In this document: one piece after another, positions 17,170 through 30,899 of the stretch
Position numbering within the stretch: the stretch's first letter is position 1
How the letters are laid out: every line of letters starts with the position of its first letter
Assembly (NCBI GenBank): GCA_963575745.1
Contig: CAUYUJ010000225.1
Span: 1,054,001 to 1,118,000 of the forward strand
Direction of reading: 5' to 3'
Length of the DNA: 64,000 bases
Source of the DNA: Prorocentrum cordatum
Lineage: Eukaryota
Made by a program: the position numbers and the translations under genes
The notes under the pieces: model-generated
Database searches by the model: none
Told to the model about the DNA's origin: nothing
Seen by the model: the letters and a program-made list of their open reading frames with translations, nothing else

Positions 17170-19400
17170 ACGTTGCACCCAAACCTGGATCATGCGCGGA
17201 CGCCCCGCGATCACTTTGCACCGCTATTTGACAGGGAGGGCCGGGGTGCCCTCATATTGCCTGCTGTGTGAAAGCCCACCAACCCTTTCAAACCCCAAAA
17301 ATTCAAATGCACTTTGATAAGGACGGCTGGGGGCAGGCATATCGCCTGCCGTACACGCCCGCCATACCTGCCAACAAAAACTACACAGCGTACTTTGCCA
17401 AGGACCGCGGGGGGGGGCCTCATATTGCCTGCTGTGTGCAGGCCCCCCCACCCCTTCCAATGAAAACTTACAAAATGCACTTTGCCAGGGACGGCGGGTG
17501 AGCCGTCATGTTGCCTGCTGCGTGCAGGCCCCCTGTCTATGTCAAATGATGTAAAGTGAGCTTTGCATCAGCATCTGGATCATGCGCGGGCGCCCCGCGA
17601 CCACTTTGCGTTGGATTTTGACACGGACGGCGGGGGGACCGCAGATTGCCGGCTGTTTGCAGGGGGGATTCCACCTCATGAACTCATTGGGATTGAGATC
17701 CTCCGCTCGGGTACTGCCTGTGTTGGGAGGGCGAGTGGGAGTGAGCGAGACAGAAGTCCATCGAGGGGGTAGCTTGATCACCAATCATTATCAAATTTCA
17801 CTCGGTTCCCCAACCGACCGGCCACAAACCCTGGCCAATGAGGGCCACCCCACCATCCCTGACAGAAAACCATACGAACTGCCCATTGCACCAAAGTCTG
17901 AATCATGCGCGCACGTCCCGCGACGACGTCGTATTGGTTTTGACAAGGACGGCGGGAGTGCTCTCATATTGTCCGCTCTGTTAGAGCCCTCCTGGAAGGG
18001 GTCCGAGAAGATGGGGTCGGAGGATCGCGCCGCATCGCAGATGCATCGGCGATGCACTGGCGATGCATCGTCGACGTGGGCGATGTATCGGCGCCGTCGG
18101 CGTGGAGAAACACGGGCTCCACATCGAGCCGATGCGGCGCGATCCTGCGACCCCATCTACTCGGACCCCATCTATTTAGGAGGCCAAAATCTATACCTCA
18201 TTTCATAAACCGTGGGGCCCAAACCTGGAGGGCGCAAGCCTGGAAATGACGGCCGCAGCGCCCTCTCGATGACCGAAAACGGACAATTCACCAATCGACG
18301 TGTCGGGGTGGGGGTTCTGTCCACCCCCGATGCACAAGCCTACCATCCCTGTCAAAACCTACAATGCACACACACACACACACACGCAAACACACGCACA
18401 CACCTTGCGGCCACACCTGGGCCGTGCGCGGGCGCCTCGTGGTGAGCACTCTGCGTCGTTCTTTTGACCCGCATGGCGGAGGCGCCCGCAGAGTGTCCGC
18501 TCTGCAGCCGACCCACCGTCCCTGTCAGCACTTTCTGCGTCGGCGGCTAGGCAAAGGGACTGCGCTGGCGAGCTAAGCAAAACGGGGCGCGCCAGGCGAA
18601 TTCAGACACCACGCAGAGGGGGGGAGGGAGGGAGGGCGAGAGGCGCCAGCCTGGGAGGGAGACCAGGAGGAGCCGGGCCCGCTCAGAGCAGCCCAGGGGT
18701 GGGGCGGGGCCAGAATCCCTGTCAACGCGCAGTGCACAGCACACTGTGTGGCAAAAGCTGGTTCGTGCGCGGGCGCCCCGCGATCATTTGGGATCAGTTT
18801 TTGGCGGAGGGGGCGGGTGGGCGGGGGCCCTCCTTTTGGCTGCTCTGTGCAGGCTCGAAACCCCTAACATGAGCCATACGAAGTGCGTGTTGCGGCAAAA
18901 TCTCGATCATGCGCGGGCGCCCGCGATCACTTCGCATGGGTTTTGACAGGGACGGCGGGGGTGCCCTCATATTGTCGCCCCGTGCTTCCGACGGGACTCA
19001 CGAACTCAGTGGGATCGGGGCCCCAGGCTCGGATGCTGCCTGTGAATTGAGAGGACGGGTGGGAGTGAGCGACATGGCTTGCGGCTTCGAGTAGCTTGAT
19101 CCCTGCTCCTCATGAACATACACCCCATCCTCCACCCGACCAGCGACAAACCAGGGCCAATGCGGCAAAACATGGGTCATGCTCGGGGGGGCCGCGAGCA
19201 CTGTGGTATTGTTTTTCACAGGGGCCGCAGGGGTGCCAGCACATGGCCTGCTGCGCGCAGGGCAACCATCCCTGCCCCCAAACCGTACAAAATGAACTTT
19301 GCACCAAAATCTGGATCATGCGCGGGCGCCCCTCGATCACTTTGCGTGATTTTTGGCAGGGACGGCGGGGGGTGCTGGCATATGTTTCCAAGCCCAACTG
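17170..19400. repeat. Cluster of diverged dispersed repeats (ATCATGCGCGGGCGCCCC...TTTGACAGGGACGGCGGG)
   Basis: The motif recurs near 17190, 17580, 17900, 18770, 18905 and 19315. Confidence 0.75.
17998..18169. mobile_element. MITE-like element with about 40-bp inverted repeats
   Basis: GGGGTCCGAGAAGATGGGGTCGGAGGATCGCGCCGCATCG (17998-18037) matches the reverse complement of 18130-18169 with 2 mismatches. Confidence 0.8.
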
Positions 19401-19649
19401 ACATCATGATGGCCACTCCGCTGCGACTTGGCACTGGTTTTCGACAGGCATGGTGGGGGCCGACATGTGAAGCGGCATGTCTCCCGATGTGTGTGGGCGC
19501 ACCTGGCACAATCTGCGCGTGCCCCGAACGTGGCGCACCTGGCACGGCTGGAGCACACGCGAGGTCGGGTGGTCGCGTGCCAAGCAGTTTGCGTCCGGGG
19601 GGATCGCTTGACCACTCCTCCTTCCCCCTCCCCCTGGATCTGGACTGAG

Positions 19650-20460
19650 GTGCGGCGGGTGGTTACAACGTCCAAGATGGCTGAACATGGCTCCATGAGG
19701 GCCCCAGATGGCCCCGAGATGGTTCCCACATACTTAAAGAGACCCAAGGACCCCTTCAAGACAAGAATTTTGGGGCTCCCCAGGACGCCCAAATCTTTCC
19801 AGGAACGTAGAAACATAATGAGTGTGACCTTATCGCCCGTTCGCTTCTGATAGCTTGCTCAAAGAGTGCCCAAGAGAGGGCCCAAAAGATGCGAAGAGGC
19901 TTCATGCTGTCCCCAAGAGCGTTCCAAGAGCGCCCCAAGAGAACCTCAAGAGATGATTTCAGGGCGTTCTAGATGGGGGGGGTCTGATTAGAGTGGGGGG
20001 GGCCAGATGAAGGACGACCCCCCTTCTTTGATCGATGTCCTCTAAGATGGTTCCAAGAACACCTCCCAGGCTCCCAAGAGCGCCCCAGTAAAGCCCCTAG
20101 AGGCCCCTAAGAAGCTCGAGAGGGCCCCACGACGGCCCCAAGAGCGCCCAAGAGTCCCCCAAGAGGGCCCAAAAGACCTCCAAGCCGGCCCCAGAGCACC
20201 CCAAAACGGCCCAGAGAGGCCTCCAAGACGGCCACCGAAGGTGTCAGTCTGGCTTAAGAGCGCTTCAAGACACTACAAACAGCATGCAAAACGCCCCAAG
20301 AGGCCCCAAAGAGGTTCCCAAGACGCCTCAAGAGCACCCCAGAGCCCCCAAGACTCCCAAGAGACCACCAAGAGCTCCCCAGGAGACATCCCAAGCGACT
20401 TCGAAAGGCAGCCAAGAAGACTCTAGTTCACTGAGGCTCCCCGAAGTATCCAAATGATGC
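19650..20460. repeat. CCAAGA/GGCC-rich dispersed repeat family
   Basis: Degenerate GCCCCAAGACGGCCCAAGAGG units on either strand. Also at about 31070-31660, 33700-36130, 36980-37680, 38640-39540, 40470-40820, 46980-47610, 48580-48950 and 50030-50400. Confidence 0.7.
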
Positions 20461-23108
20461 CACGCTGCCTCGATAAGGACAACCCCCTTTGGCACCTTTC
20501 TTGAATGCTCTGGTGGGGATACTTTTTGATCGCAACCGCAAGCGGGCAGCCGCACGGCGTCAAAGAGTCAAACGCGAGACCGACCTACGTGTGCGGAGTA
20601 CGGCACAACAGCGGGCGAACGCGGGAAAAAAACGGGGCCGAAACCAAGCGCAAGCGGCGCTCGGGCGGCGAAAATGGCCGGGCGACACACCACGGCACCG
20701 CACGCGAGGCGGGGGAGGACGAGGGACCGACAAGACGGCGACAAGGACAAAGAAGGGAGGGAGAAACAGGGGACTAACGCAGCGCCGTTCTGGTGGGGAT
20801 ACTTTTTTTTGTCGCGGCCGCAAGCGGAAGCGCAGGCGGCGTCCGAAGAGGTCGAGCGGGCTACGCGCGAGCCTAATTCTGGTGGGGATACGCGAAGCGT
20901 TTAGAATTCGCATGCGTTCATGCATTAGCTCCAGAGGTGGCATTTGGAATATGTTGATTCGACCCCATTACCAAAACATGTGTCTTACCGAAACGCTTTC
21001 ACTTTCGTTTAATCGAGTCACACGTTGATAAGCATTCGACTGCAATCATTTCGAATCGCTATTGCATCATCAAAGGTCACGCGCTGGTGCACGTCCTAGA
21101 TTAAAATGATAACGGAGGAGCAATAGAAATCTTCTTACTTCAAGCTACAGTGTGCCCCGAACACCTATAGGATCGGCCCAACATCACTCCCCCCTTTACA
21201 GCTACCATCTGCTGTAGACGTGGAGTCTCACGACAGGCCTCAAGCACAGTGCAAGTTGCCGAACCATTTGAGAAGCAGCCAATCCATACGAACCGCACCA
21301 ATGAGCTCAAACACGACTACCTCAGTGAAGAGGCACGGGCTGTGCAAATGCCTTTGCCGCGCGTACGTGCCGACTCGGATGCCTGCGCACAACGCACTGA
21401 TGCAAACACCGCTCCTGCCTGAGCATGGGGGGAACGGGTACTGAGGGAACCGGGCCCTGGACCCCTGGGGCCCTCCCCGAGGACGAGTTCTTCATCCCGA
21501 ATCCTTTTCTGCCAGTCCCGGGGCCCGTTGAGGGCCCCTGGGAGCCAAACATTGCGAAAAATCTCGAGACCCGCTTCCCCCATGGTGACTGCCCAGGCCC
21601 TCGCGTCGCACTACCACCCCACGACCGCCCCACTGCCAGCGCCGGTTTAGTCTGCCGCGCGCCGCGCCCGCGCTGCCGAGTCTGGTGCCTGGTGCGACGC
21701 AGCGCCCCCGATCAAAACAGGAGCTGACCAGTGGAAGAAAATCGGCCAAGCCCCCCTCTGCTAGGTGGCGACATCCGAACCCTACCTAAGACGAAACCAG
21801 GATGAGGATAACAACATCGGGCGAGGACTCTCTGAGATCCGGCGGCTCTGGAGGATGTCTCGGGCGCCGCCGCCTTCTCAGAGCGCTCCAGAACGCTTTG
21901 AGAGCGTTCCGGAACGCTTTGGAAGGAATTTCTCCTCGTCCTAGCCCCGTCCGACCCCGCCTCCCATCGGTTCTCCTGAATCGACGGGAGGCGGGGGTAG
22001 GGCTCGGATTTCGCCGCCGATTTGCTCCGCTGTCCGCCGCTGCGAGTGGGCTACGAAACCGCGGAGTGCTCTCGGGGAGCCCCAGACCGCCTGCCTTGGG
22101 GCCACACACGCTCCCCAGAGGGCCAGAACCTCCAACATGGGCAGCTTAGGCCTCCGCTCTCGAGACTCACCTCCTCCATCCCGCATATCACAAATGGGCG
22201 ACGGAAAGAAACGGGTCTTACGCGAGATGACATAGCGACCTTACGCCGCGGCTTACGCGTGCCGCCAGCGTGGCACGCCAGAATTGGAGACGACGGCGCT
22301 TACGCGCGACAGCACGCGGGCAGAATGTCGGTGAAGACGACCCCGTCGTTCTGCATTGCTCAGATGCGGCTTTCCATTTTGGAAGTTTTGAGCCCGCTGG
22401 GTCTTACCGGAGCGAGCTACTCAGAAGCCGTTACGGCCCCAGACCACCTGCGCGGAGGGGTGCGAGTGGAGGTGCACGAGGGGGCGGAAGAAGAGGACCT
22501 ACAGGAGGGAGGTCGATCATTTCCGCCAGTTCGTGGCATTGGCGACTGCGGCGCGGGGCTGAGACATGGGCAGCGCGGCTCGGGCGATGGCCCCGAGCAT
22601 CGAGGACAGCGTCCCGCTCCTCCTCCTCCTCCTCCTCCTCCTCCTCCTCCTCCCGTCCTCTTGCAAACTCTTCATGACGATCATTGCAGAACGATGCCAA
22701 GAACAAAGGCGCGAAACTTAAGTCAGCTTTCGTTGCGAGACCCGTCAGCTGAACAAGCCAAACAAACTTCCTCCAATCCCGCGCGCGGCGAACTTCAACG
22801 ACCCCTCGCCTCCATGAGCCGTGTATGCGGACGGAGGGACATGCACGCAGACGAGCAGGAACTACTCAGCCGCCACCGTGCCTTGAAGTGCACATCTGCT
22901 GTCTCGCAAGGCTCCGTCAATATTTTCTAGCCTCCCCCCACTTCCAGCGACCACCCTTTGAAAATCGCCCTCGCCCCCCGCGGAGCCGACTTTGGGACAG
23001 TTGGAGAAATCTGCTTCCCAGAAAGGCTATGGCCGACGGGGGTCAGAACAGCCATAAGCCGAACAAAAACAATCCCAAATCGTCCAAACTCACAACGATA
23101 ACAACGAT

Positions 23109-23143
<35 letters not shown>

Positions 23144-23203
23144 AAACAACAACAACACCAACACCAACACCAACACCAACACCAACAACAACAACAACAA
23201 CAA

Positions 23204-23964
23204 TTACTAGCACGTGGGGACACTCCGTTCTCACCAGTGCCAGGGTTTTCATAGGAGGCGGGCAATACCCCCACTTTGTGGGGGGGCCGGTTCAAGCTCT
23301 ACCAAATTTCCAAACGACTCTTCGCCACCACCCACACCCAGCTTCCCGCCCTATGACGTTCGGACACTTCACTTCGTGGCATGCGGACGACCGTGGCTAC
23401 TATTCAGGGCCCCGCGGCCGACGACGACGGCGTGCGCGCGCGAAGAAAAAACGAATGTGTCCCGCATGGTATTATTTGACAGGGATGATGGCCCTGGCAG
23501 GTGCGCAACCGTTGTCGCAGAAGTTCGAAAAAGTTGCTCGCAAAAGCCCGTTTGACAGAAATGTTTAAAAAGTGTTGGGTTTCCTACGAATCCGCAAGAG
23601 CGCGCGGGATGAGATTTTGACATTTTTTGTTGAAAAACCATTGGTTTTTTGATGTTTTTATGTTAAAATCGCTGCGAACACTAAGGTTTTGGAAGGATTT
23701 CGTCTTGCGCGCGCGAATGTCCACTTTACCTTATTTTTTGCAAGGGATTCTTGAAATTTGATTATATTAGAACAAGAAATGTCATTTTCTATTGTTTTTT
23801 GCAAGGGAAAGCGGATTACAACAAAACAACCGGATCCTGTACACACCCTCTTTTCTGAGGCTTCCTCACGAAAATGATGAAAATGTAGCTGCGGCCTAGG
23901 CGGCGCAGGGGGGGCGCGCACCAGGGGGCCCAACAATAATTATTCTTTAGAATAAATAATGTTC
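23204..23964. mobile_element. About 760-bp non-coding interspersed repeat embedded in (CAA)n, copy 1
   Basis: Near-identical to 29944-30705 and flanked on both sides by CAA/ACA microsatellites. Confidence 0.85.
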
Positions 23965-24409
23965 AACAACAACAACAACAACAACACACACAACAACACA
24001 CAACAACAACAACAACCATTTTAAGGCTGTACGCTCTTACTTGCCCGCGAGTCATTCAACACGTATACCCTACACCCTCGATACCCGCCCTCTTCGTCTT
24101 CGATCACACCCCTTTCGGGGGGATTATTTCTCTTTGCTGGGGCCGGCGGGCTTAGACGTACGGGCAAACCGGAACGGGCGGACAATCCTTCGGGGGCGTA
24201 CATCTCTCTGCCCGCCATTGGAATTGGCGCGGGCCCTGCAAGAGGAGGAGGGGAAGAACGAGGGAGAGTGGGAGGAAGGGGAGGGGGAAGGACGAAGGAA
24301 GAGGGAAGATACCACGTTGTGAAGGCGTCCTTGGCGCGTGCGTGGTTCCTGAGCGCCGAAACGCAATTCCAGAATAATTTGTGAGGACGTCGCACGCGAG
24401 AGCGCAGTC

Positions 24410-24812
24410 CTGAGTACATTGTGAGGAAATCTCAAGCGGAAGCGGGGGCCCTGACTAAGTTGCGAGGAAGTCTCAAGCGGGAGCGCCGTTCCTGAGCAAA
24501 TTGCACGGAAGTCTCAGGCGGGAGCGGGGGTCCTCACTAAATTGCGAGGAAGTCTCAGGCGGGAGCGCCGTTCCTGAGTCAATTGCGCGGAAATGTCAGG
24601 CAGGAGCGGGGGTCCTGAGTAAAATTCGAAGAAGTCTCAAGCGGGAGCGCCGTTCCCACGTAAATTGCACGGAAGTCTCAGGCGGGAGCGGGGGTCTTGA
24701 TTACATTGCGAGGAAGTCTCAGACGGGAGCGCCTTTCCTGAGTAAATTGCGCGGAAGTCTCAGGCGGGAGCGGGGGTCCTGAGTAAAAATCGAGGAAGTC
24801 TCAGGCGGGAGC
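24410..24812. repeat. 41-bp satellite with alternating variants (82-bp dimer)
   Basis: GAGGAAGTCTCAGGCGGGAGCG-(GGGGTCC or CCGTTCC)-TGAGTAAATTGC. Confidence 0.85.
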
Positions 24813-25119
24813 CGTTGTTGTTGTAGCCCGGGGGGCAGGGGCACAGTTTGAGCAGGAAGACTTTCCTTGAGAAAAAACAAAGTGCGAGCCCCGGGGGTGG
24901 CACTTCAATCGAAAAAAAAACAATGTGCACCGGTGGGGGGGATCAACAATAATTATTCTTCAAGAATGAGAGTTCAACAACAACAACAACAACAACAGCA
25001 GCAGCAGCAACAACAACAACCACAACCACAACCACAACCACGACCACATCAACAACAACAACAACAACAACAACAACACCAGCACCAGCACCAGCACCAG
25101 CACCAGCACCAACAACAAT

Positions 25120-25173
<54 letters not shown>

Positions 25174-25192
25174 CACTGTACCCGAACGCTCA

Positions 25193-26860
25193 GTGTTCTC
25201 ACCAGTGCCAGGGTTTTCATGCGACGCCAGCCAATACCCCCACTTTGTGGGGGGGCAGTGCAAGCTCTACCAAATATCCACACGACTCTTCGCCACCACC
25301 CACACCCAGCTTCCCGCCCTATGACGTTCGGACACTTCACTTCGTGGCCTGCGGACGACCGTGGCTACTACACTGGCGTGGAGTACACACCCACAGAAGT
25401 TGTTAAGCCTACGTTCGTACACCCACAGAAGTTGTTAAGCCTTGTTAACCCACAGAAGTTGTTAAGCCTTCCACAGAACATCTGTTGCATATGATGCATA
25501 TGGTACATGATACACATGATACACATGATACGTACTCACAAGATAGTTGATCACATCTTTAGGGCAAATTCCTGAGGGATGTGGGAATACACAAGAGAGA
25601 GAGGATATGGTTGTCCCGATGGTTGTCTCGATGGTTGTCCCGATGGTTGTCCTGATGGTTGTGGTTGTCCCGATCGTTGTCCCGATGATTGTCCCGATGG
25701 TTGTCCTGATGGTTGTGCTTGTCCCGATCGTTGTCCCGATGACTGTCCCGATGATTGTCCCGATGGTTGTCCCGATGGTTGTTCCGATGGTTGTCCCGAT
25801 GGTTGTCCCGATGGTTGTGAGCGATGCCGGATCCTCACGCCCCCCGCCGGAGGAGGAGGAGGAGGAGGAGCAGGACAAGGAGGAAAGGAGAGAAGAGAGA
25901 GGAGGGGCGGGAACGGCGCTTGCACGCCCACCCACCGTCTTTTCCCCGCCGCGGCTCTAAAGAGACGAGTTCGTGTGCTCGTCATCTTCTGGCATACGCC
26001 CGTCCCTGATGGCACGGATGGGGCGCAATGCTGCCAGCTGGGCTCCTGGCAGAAATACATCAGGGGCCAAGTGTCCAAGCATGGTGCCGATACGCCTCCT
26101 CACGGATACATCGCCCGTGCGTGCGAGGGGCGCCAATACCGCCAGGACGCCCTGGACATGCGCCGGCATACGCAGATCCACCTGGTAATCCATGACATTG
26201 CCATACTGGGACTGCCCGCAAGAACGAAGCCAGGTGTTTTTCGAGGACCTACGGTGCGATTCGTGTGATTTTATGATGCGCGGTGCTAAAATTCTTAAGA
26301 AGCCCAATGGTTTTTGGAGATTTCGGCGTGCGCGCGCGAAGAAAAAACGAATGTGTCCCGCATGGTATTATTTGACAGGGATGATGGCCCTGGCAGGTGC
26401 GCAACCGTTGTCGCAGAAGTTCGAAAAAGTTGCTCGCAAAAGCCCGTTTGACAGAAATGTTTAAAAAGTGTTGGGTTTCCTACGAATCCGCAAGAGCGCG
26501 CGGGATGAGATTTTGACATTTTTTGTTGAAAAACCATTGGTTTTTTGATGTTTTTATGTTAAAATCGCTGCGAACACTAAGGTTTTGGAAGGATTTCGTC
26601 TTGCGCGCGCGAATGTCCACTTTACCTTATTTTTTGCAAGGGATTCTTGAAATTTGATTATATTAGAACAAGAAATGTCATTTTCTATTGTTTTTTGCAA
26701 GGGAAAGCGGATTACAACAAAACAACCGGATCCTGTACACACCCTCTTTTCTGAGGCTTCCTCACGAAAATGATGAAAATGCAGCTGCGGCCTAGGCGGC
26801 GCAGGGGGGGCGCGCACCAGGGGGCCCAACAATAATTATTCTTTAGAATAAATAATGTTC
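25193..26860. mobile_element. Split copy of the (CAA)n-associated repeat (25193-25370 plus 26325-26860) with about 950 bp of unrelated sequence between
   Basis: Both segments match copy 1. The middle contains ACCCACAGAAGTTGTTAAGCCT x3 and a 12-bp minisatellite. Confidence 0.75.
25607..25818. repeat. 12-bp minisatellite (ATGGTTGTCCCG)n
   Basis: Direct tandem repeat of about 17 copies. Confidence 0.92.
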
Positions 26861-27114
26861 AACAACAACGCAAAGGCAACCTCTCAGGCCAACCCGGCGG
26901 GGCCCGTGGTGGTGTCCTCGCCCACGGGGCGAGCGCACTCCCCCAGGCCACACGTTGCAGTTGTTGCCCCCGGGGGGGGAGCAACGCCCAACATCTCTGT
27001 CATACGCTGACGTAAATCTATGTGTGTTCCGAATCTCCGTGGGCTCCCTTCCTGTTCCTCACGCACTCCTGTGTCCGAAAACCAACCGCGCCAGCGAGGC
27101 CAGCTCCTCCTCCC

Positions 27115-29835
27115 TATAAGACTCCGATGGAATCCTGCAGGACCCTGTAAGGATCCTATAGGATTCCTATAGGGTTTCTATGGAATCCTGTAGGACCCTG
27201 TAGGGATCCTAGAGGGCCCCCCTCGGATTCGTATAGGGTTGTTATGGAATCCTGTAGGGATCCTATATGAATCCAAGAAGAATCCTACGGAATCCTGTCG
27301 GGCTCCCATAGGATTACAATCGGATTCCTATGGGGTTCATGTGGAATCCTGTAGGACACTGAAGGGATCCTATAGGGATCCCTAATCTTATGGAATCCTG
27401 TAGGACCCTGTAGGGATCCTATAGGACCCCAAAAGGATTCCGATTGGAATCCTATGGAATCCTGTAGGTCCCTGCGGGGATCCTATAGGATTCCAGTAGG
27501 AGTCCCATAGGATTCCAATGGAATTCCTATGGGATCTTGTAGGACCATGTAGGAACCTTATGGGATTGCAATGAGATCCCGATAGCATTCGTATGGACTC
27601 CTGTAGGACCCTCTAGGCACCCTATGGGTTTCCAATGAGATTCCAATCGGATTCCTATGGCATCCAGTAAAACACTGTAGGGATCCCATGGGATTCCAGT
27701 AGCATTACATTAAGATTCCTTTGGAATCCTGTAGGACCCTGTAGGGACCCAATAGGATTTCCAATCGGGCTCCCATAGGGTTCCAATGGAATCCTGTAGG
27801 GACCCAATAGAATTTCCAATCGGATTCCAATGCGATTCCTATGAAATCCTCTAAGACCCTGTAGGGATCCGATGGGATTCCTACAGGATTCAAATTGGTT
27901 TCCGATGGGATCCTGTACGACCCTGCAAAGATCCTAGAAGTTTTCTCAAGGATTCCGCTAGGATTATCATGGAATCCTGTAGGACCGACCCTGTAGGAAT
28001 CCTATAGGAGTCCTACAGGATTCCAAGTGACTCACTCCTGTAGGACCCTGCAGGGATCCTATAGGATCCCAACCAAATTCCTATAGGGTTCCTATGGACT
28101 CCTGGAGGACCCTGTAGGGATCCCGTAGAATTCCTATAGGAGACCGATGGAATCCTGTAGGATTCTGTCGGAATCCTATAATATTTAAAAAGAATTCCGA
28201 CGGAATCCTTGAAAGGGGTGCGCCGAAATCAGGTTTCGGTGGAGCTTCCTGAGCCACGATTTTCGAAAGGGGTGCGCCGAAATCAAGCCAAGCCTCGGTG
28301 GAGCTCCCTGTGGGGCCAGGGCCACGATCCGTGAGAGGGGTGCGCCCTTTGGGACCTGTATGGGACTCCGCAGCAGCCCCGAGAAGGACCTTCCGAGCAA
28401 CGCCGCCGGGCCCTGCAGACCCCCGCAGCGGCCTGGCGAGGCCTCGTGGCGTTGCTCGGACCAGGGGCCCTCCGGGGCCCGTGCGTGGTCCCGTGGCGTT
28501 GCTCGGGGGGGGGGGGGTCGAGCAACGGGCGTGTCGGGATCCCATAGGACTCCAGTAGTATTACAATCGGATTCCTATGGAATCCTGTAGGACCCTGTAG
28601 GGATCCTACAGGATTCCTATAGGGTTCCGATGGAATCCTGTAGGACACTGAAGGGATCCTATAAGGATCCAGATGGACCCCAATAGGATTCCTACTGGAA
28701 CCCGATGGAATCCTGTAGGACCCTGTAAGGATCCTATAGGACCCCAGTCGGATTCCTAGTGGAATCCGATGGAATCCTGTAGGTCCCTGTAGGGATCCTA
28801 TAGGATTCCACTGGGACTCTTATTTCAATGGAACTCCGATGGAATCCTGTAGGACCTTGTAAGGACCTTATGGGATTGCAATGAGTCCAATGGGATTCCT
28901 ATGGAATCCTGTCGGAGCCTCTAGGCACCCTATGGGTTTCCAATGAGATTCCAATCGGATTCCTATGGAATCCTGTAAAACACTGTAGGGACCCCATAGG
29001 ATTCCAATAGCATTACATTAGGACTCCTATGGAATCCTGTAAGACCCTGTAGGGACCCTATAGGATTTCCAATCGGATTCCCATAGGGTTCCTATGGAAT
29101 CCTATAAGACCCTGTAAGGACCCTATAAGTATTCCCAAAAAGATTCCAATCGGATTCCTATGGAATCCTCTAGGACCCTGTAGGGATCCGATGGGATTCC
29201 TACAGGATTCCAATTGGTTTCCGATGGAATCCTGAAGGACCCTGCAGGGATCCTACAGGATTTCTCAAGGATTCCAATAGGATGATCATGGAATCCTGTA
29301 GGGCCCTGTAGGGATCCTATAGGATTCCAATTGGTTTCCTATGGATTCCTGTAGACCCTGCAAGGATCCTATAGGATTCCAACCAGATTCCTATAGGGTT
29401 CCTATGGGATCCTGTGGGACCCAGTGAAGATCCCGTAGAATTCCTATAGGAGACCTATGGAATCCTGTAGGATTCTGTCGGAATCCTGTAAACATTGAAA
29501 AAAATCCTACGGAATCCTTGAGAGGGGTACGCCGAAATCAGGTTTCGGTGGAGCTTCCTGAGCCACGATCTTCGAAAGGGGTGCGCCGAAATCAAGCCTC
29601 GGTGGAGCTCCCTGTGGGGCCAGGGCCACGATCCGTGAGAGGGGTGCGCCCCCTGGGGCCTGTATGGGACTCCGCAGCAGCCCCGAGAAGGACCTTCCGA
29701 GCAACGCCGCCGTGCCCTGCAGACCCCCGCAGCGGCGGCCTGGCGAGGCCTCGTGGCGTTGCTCGGACCAGGGGCCCTGCGGGGCCCGTGCGTGGCCCCG
29801 TGGCGTTGCTCGGGGGGGGTCGAGCAACGGGCCTC
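27115..29835. repeat. Palindrome-rich satellite (GGAATCCTGTAGGACCCTGTAGGGATCCTATAGGATTCC) in two 1.3-1.4 kb duplicated blocks
   Basis: Arrays at about 27115-28200 and 28535-29520, each followed by the same GC-rich tail (28200-28530, 29520-29830). Confidence 0.88.
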
Positions 29836-29851
29836 CAGTAGTGTCCTCGCG

Positions 29852-29943
<92 letters not shown>

Positions 29944-29944
<1 letters not shown>

Positions 29945-30705
29945 TACTAGCACGTGGGGACACTCCGTTCTCACCAGTGCCAGGGTTTTCATAGGAGGCG
30001 GGCAATACCCCCACTTTGTGGGGGGGCCGGTTCAAGCTCTACCAAATTTCCAAACGACTCTTCGCCACCACCCACACCCAGCTTCCCGCCCTATGACGTT
30101 CGGACACTTCACTTCGTGGCATGCGGACGACCGTGGCTACTATTCAGGGCCCCGCGGCCGACGACGACGGCGTGCGCGCGCGAAGAAAAAACGAATGTGT
30201 CCCGCATGGTATTATTTGACAGGGATGATGGCCCTGGCAGGTGCGCAACCGTTGTTGCAGAAGTTCGAAAAAGTTGCTCGCAAAAGCCCGTTTGACAGAA
30301 ATGTTTAAAAAGTGTTGGGTTTCCTACGAATCCGCAAGAGCGCGCGGGATGAAATTTTGACATTTTTTTTTGAAAAACCATTGGTTTTTTGATGTTTTTA
30401 TGTTAAAATCGCTACGAAAACTAAGGTTTTGGAAGGATTTCGTCTTGCGCGCGCGAATGTCCACTTTACCTTATTTTTTGCAAGGGATTCTTGAAGTTTG
30501 GTTATGTTAGAACAAGAAATGTCCACTTTAGCTTATTTTTTGCAAGGGAAAACCGATCGTAACAACACAACCGGATCTGGATGACATCGTTTTGACTGAG
30601 ACTTCCTCACGAAAATGATGAAAACGTGGCTGCGGCCTAGGCGCGGCGGGGGGGCCATGCACCAGGGGTCCCAACAATAATTATTCTTTAGAAGTAATAA
30701 TGTTC
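29944..30705. mobile_element. (CAA)n-associated repeat, copy 3
   Basis: Matches 23204-23964; flanked by (CAA)n at 29852-29943 and 30705-31010. Confidence 0.85.
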
Positions 30706-30821
30706 AACAACAACAACAACAGCAGCAGCAGCAACAACAACAACAACAACACCAACAACACAACACGACAACAACAACAACAACCACAACAACACACAAC
30801 AACAACAACAGCAGCAGCAGC

Positions 30822-30899
<78 letters not shown>

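Noticed and set aside
14409..17271. Multiple 100-370 aa ORFs with repeating peptides, and a superficial CRISPR-like periodicity
   Set aside because: These are translations of the 64-bp satellite; there are no unique spacers and no cas genes.
25380..25470. Three ACCCACAGAAGTTGTTAAGCCT repeats as a mini-CRISPR
   Set aside because: The intervening sequences are under 10 nt; this is a simple tandem repeat.
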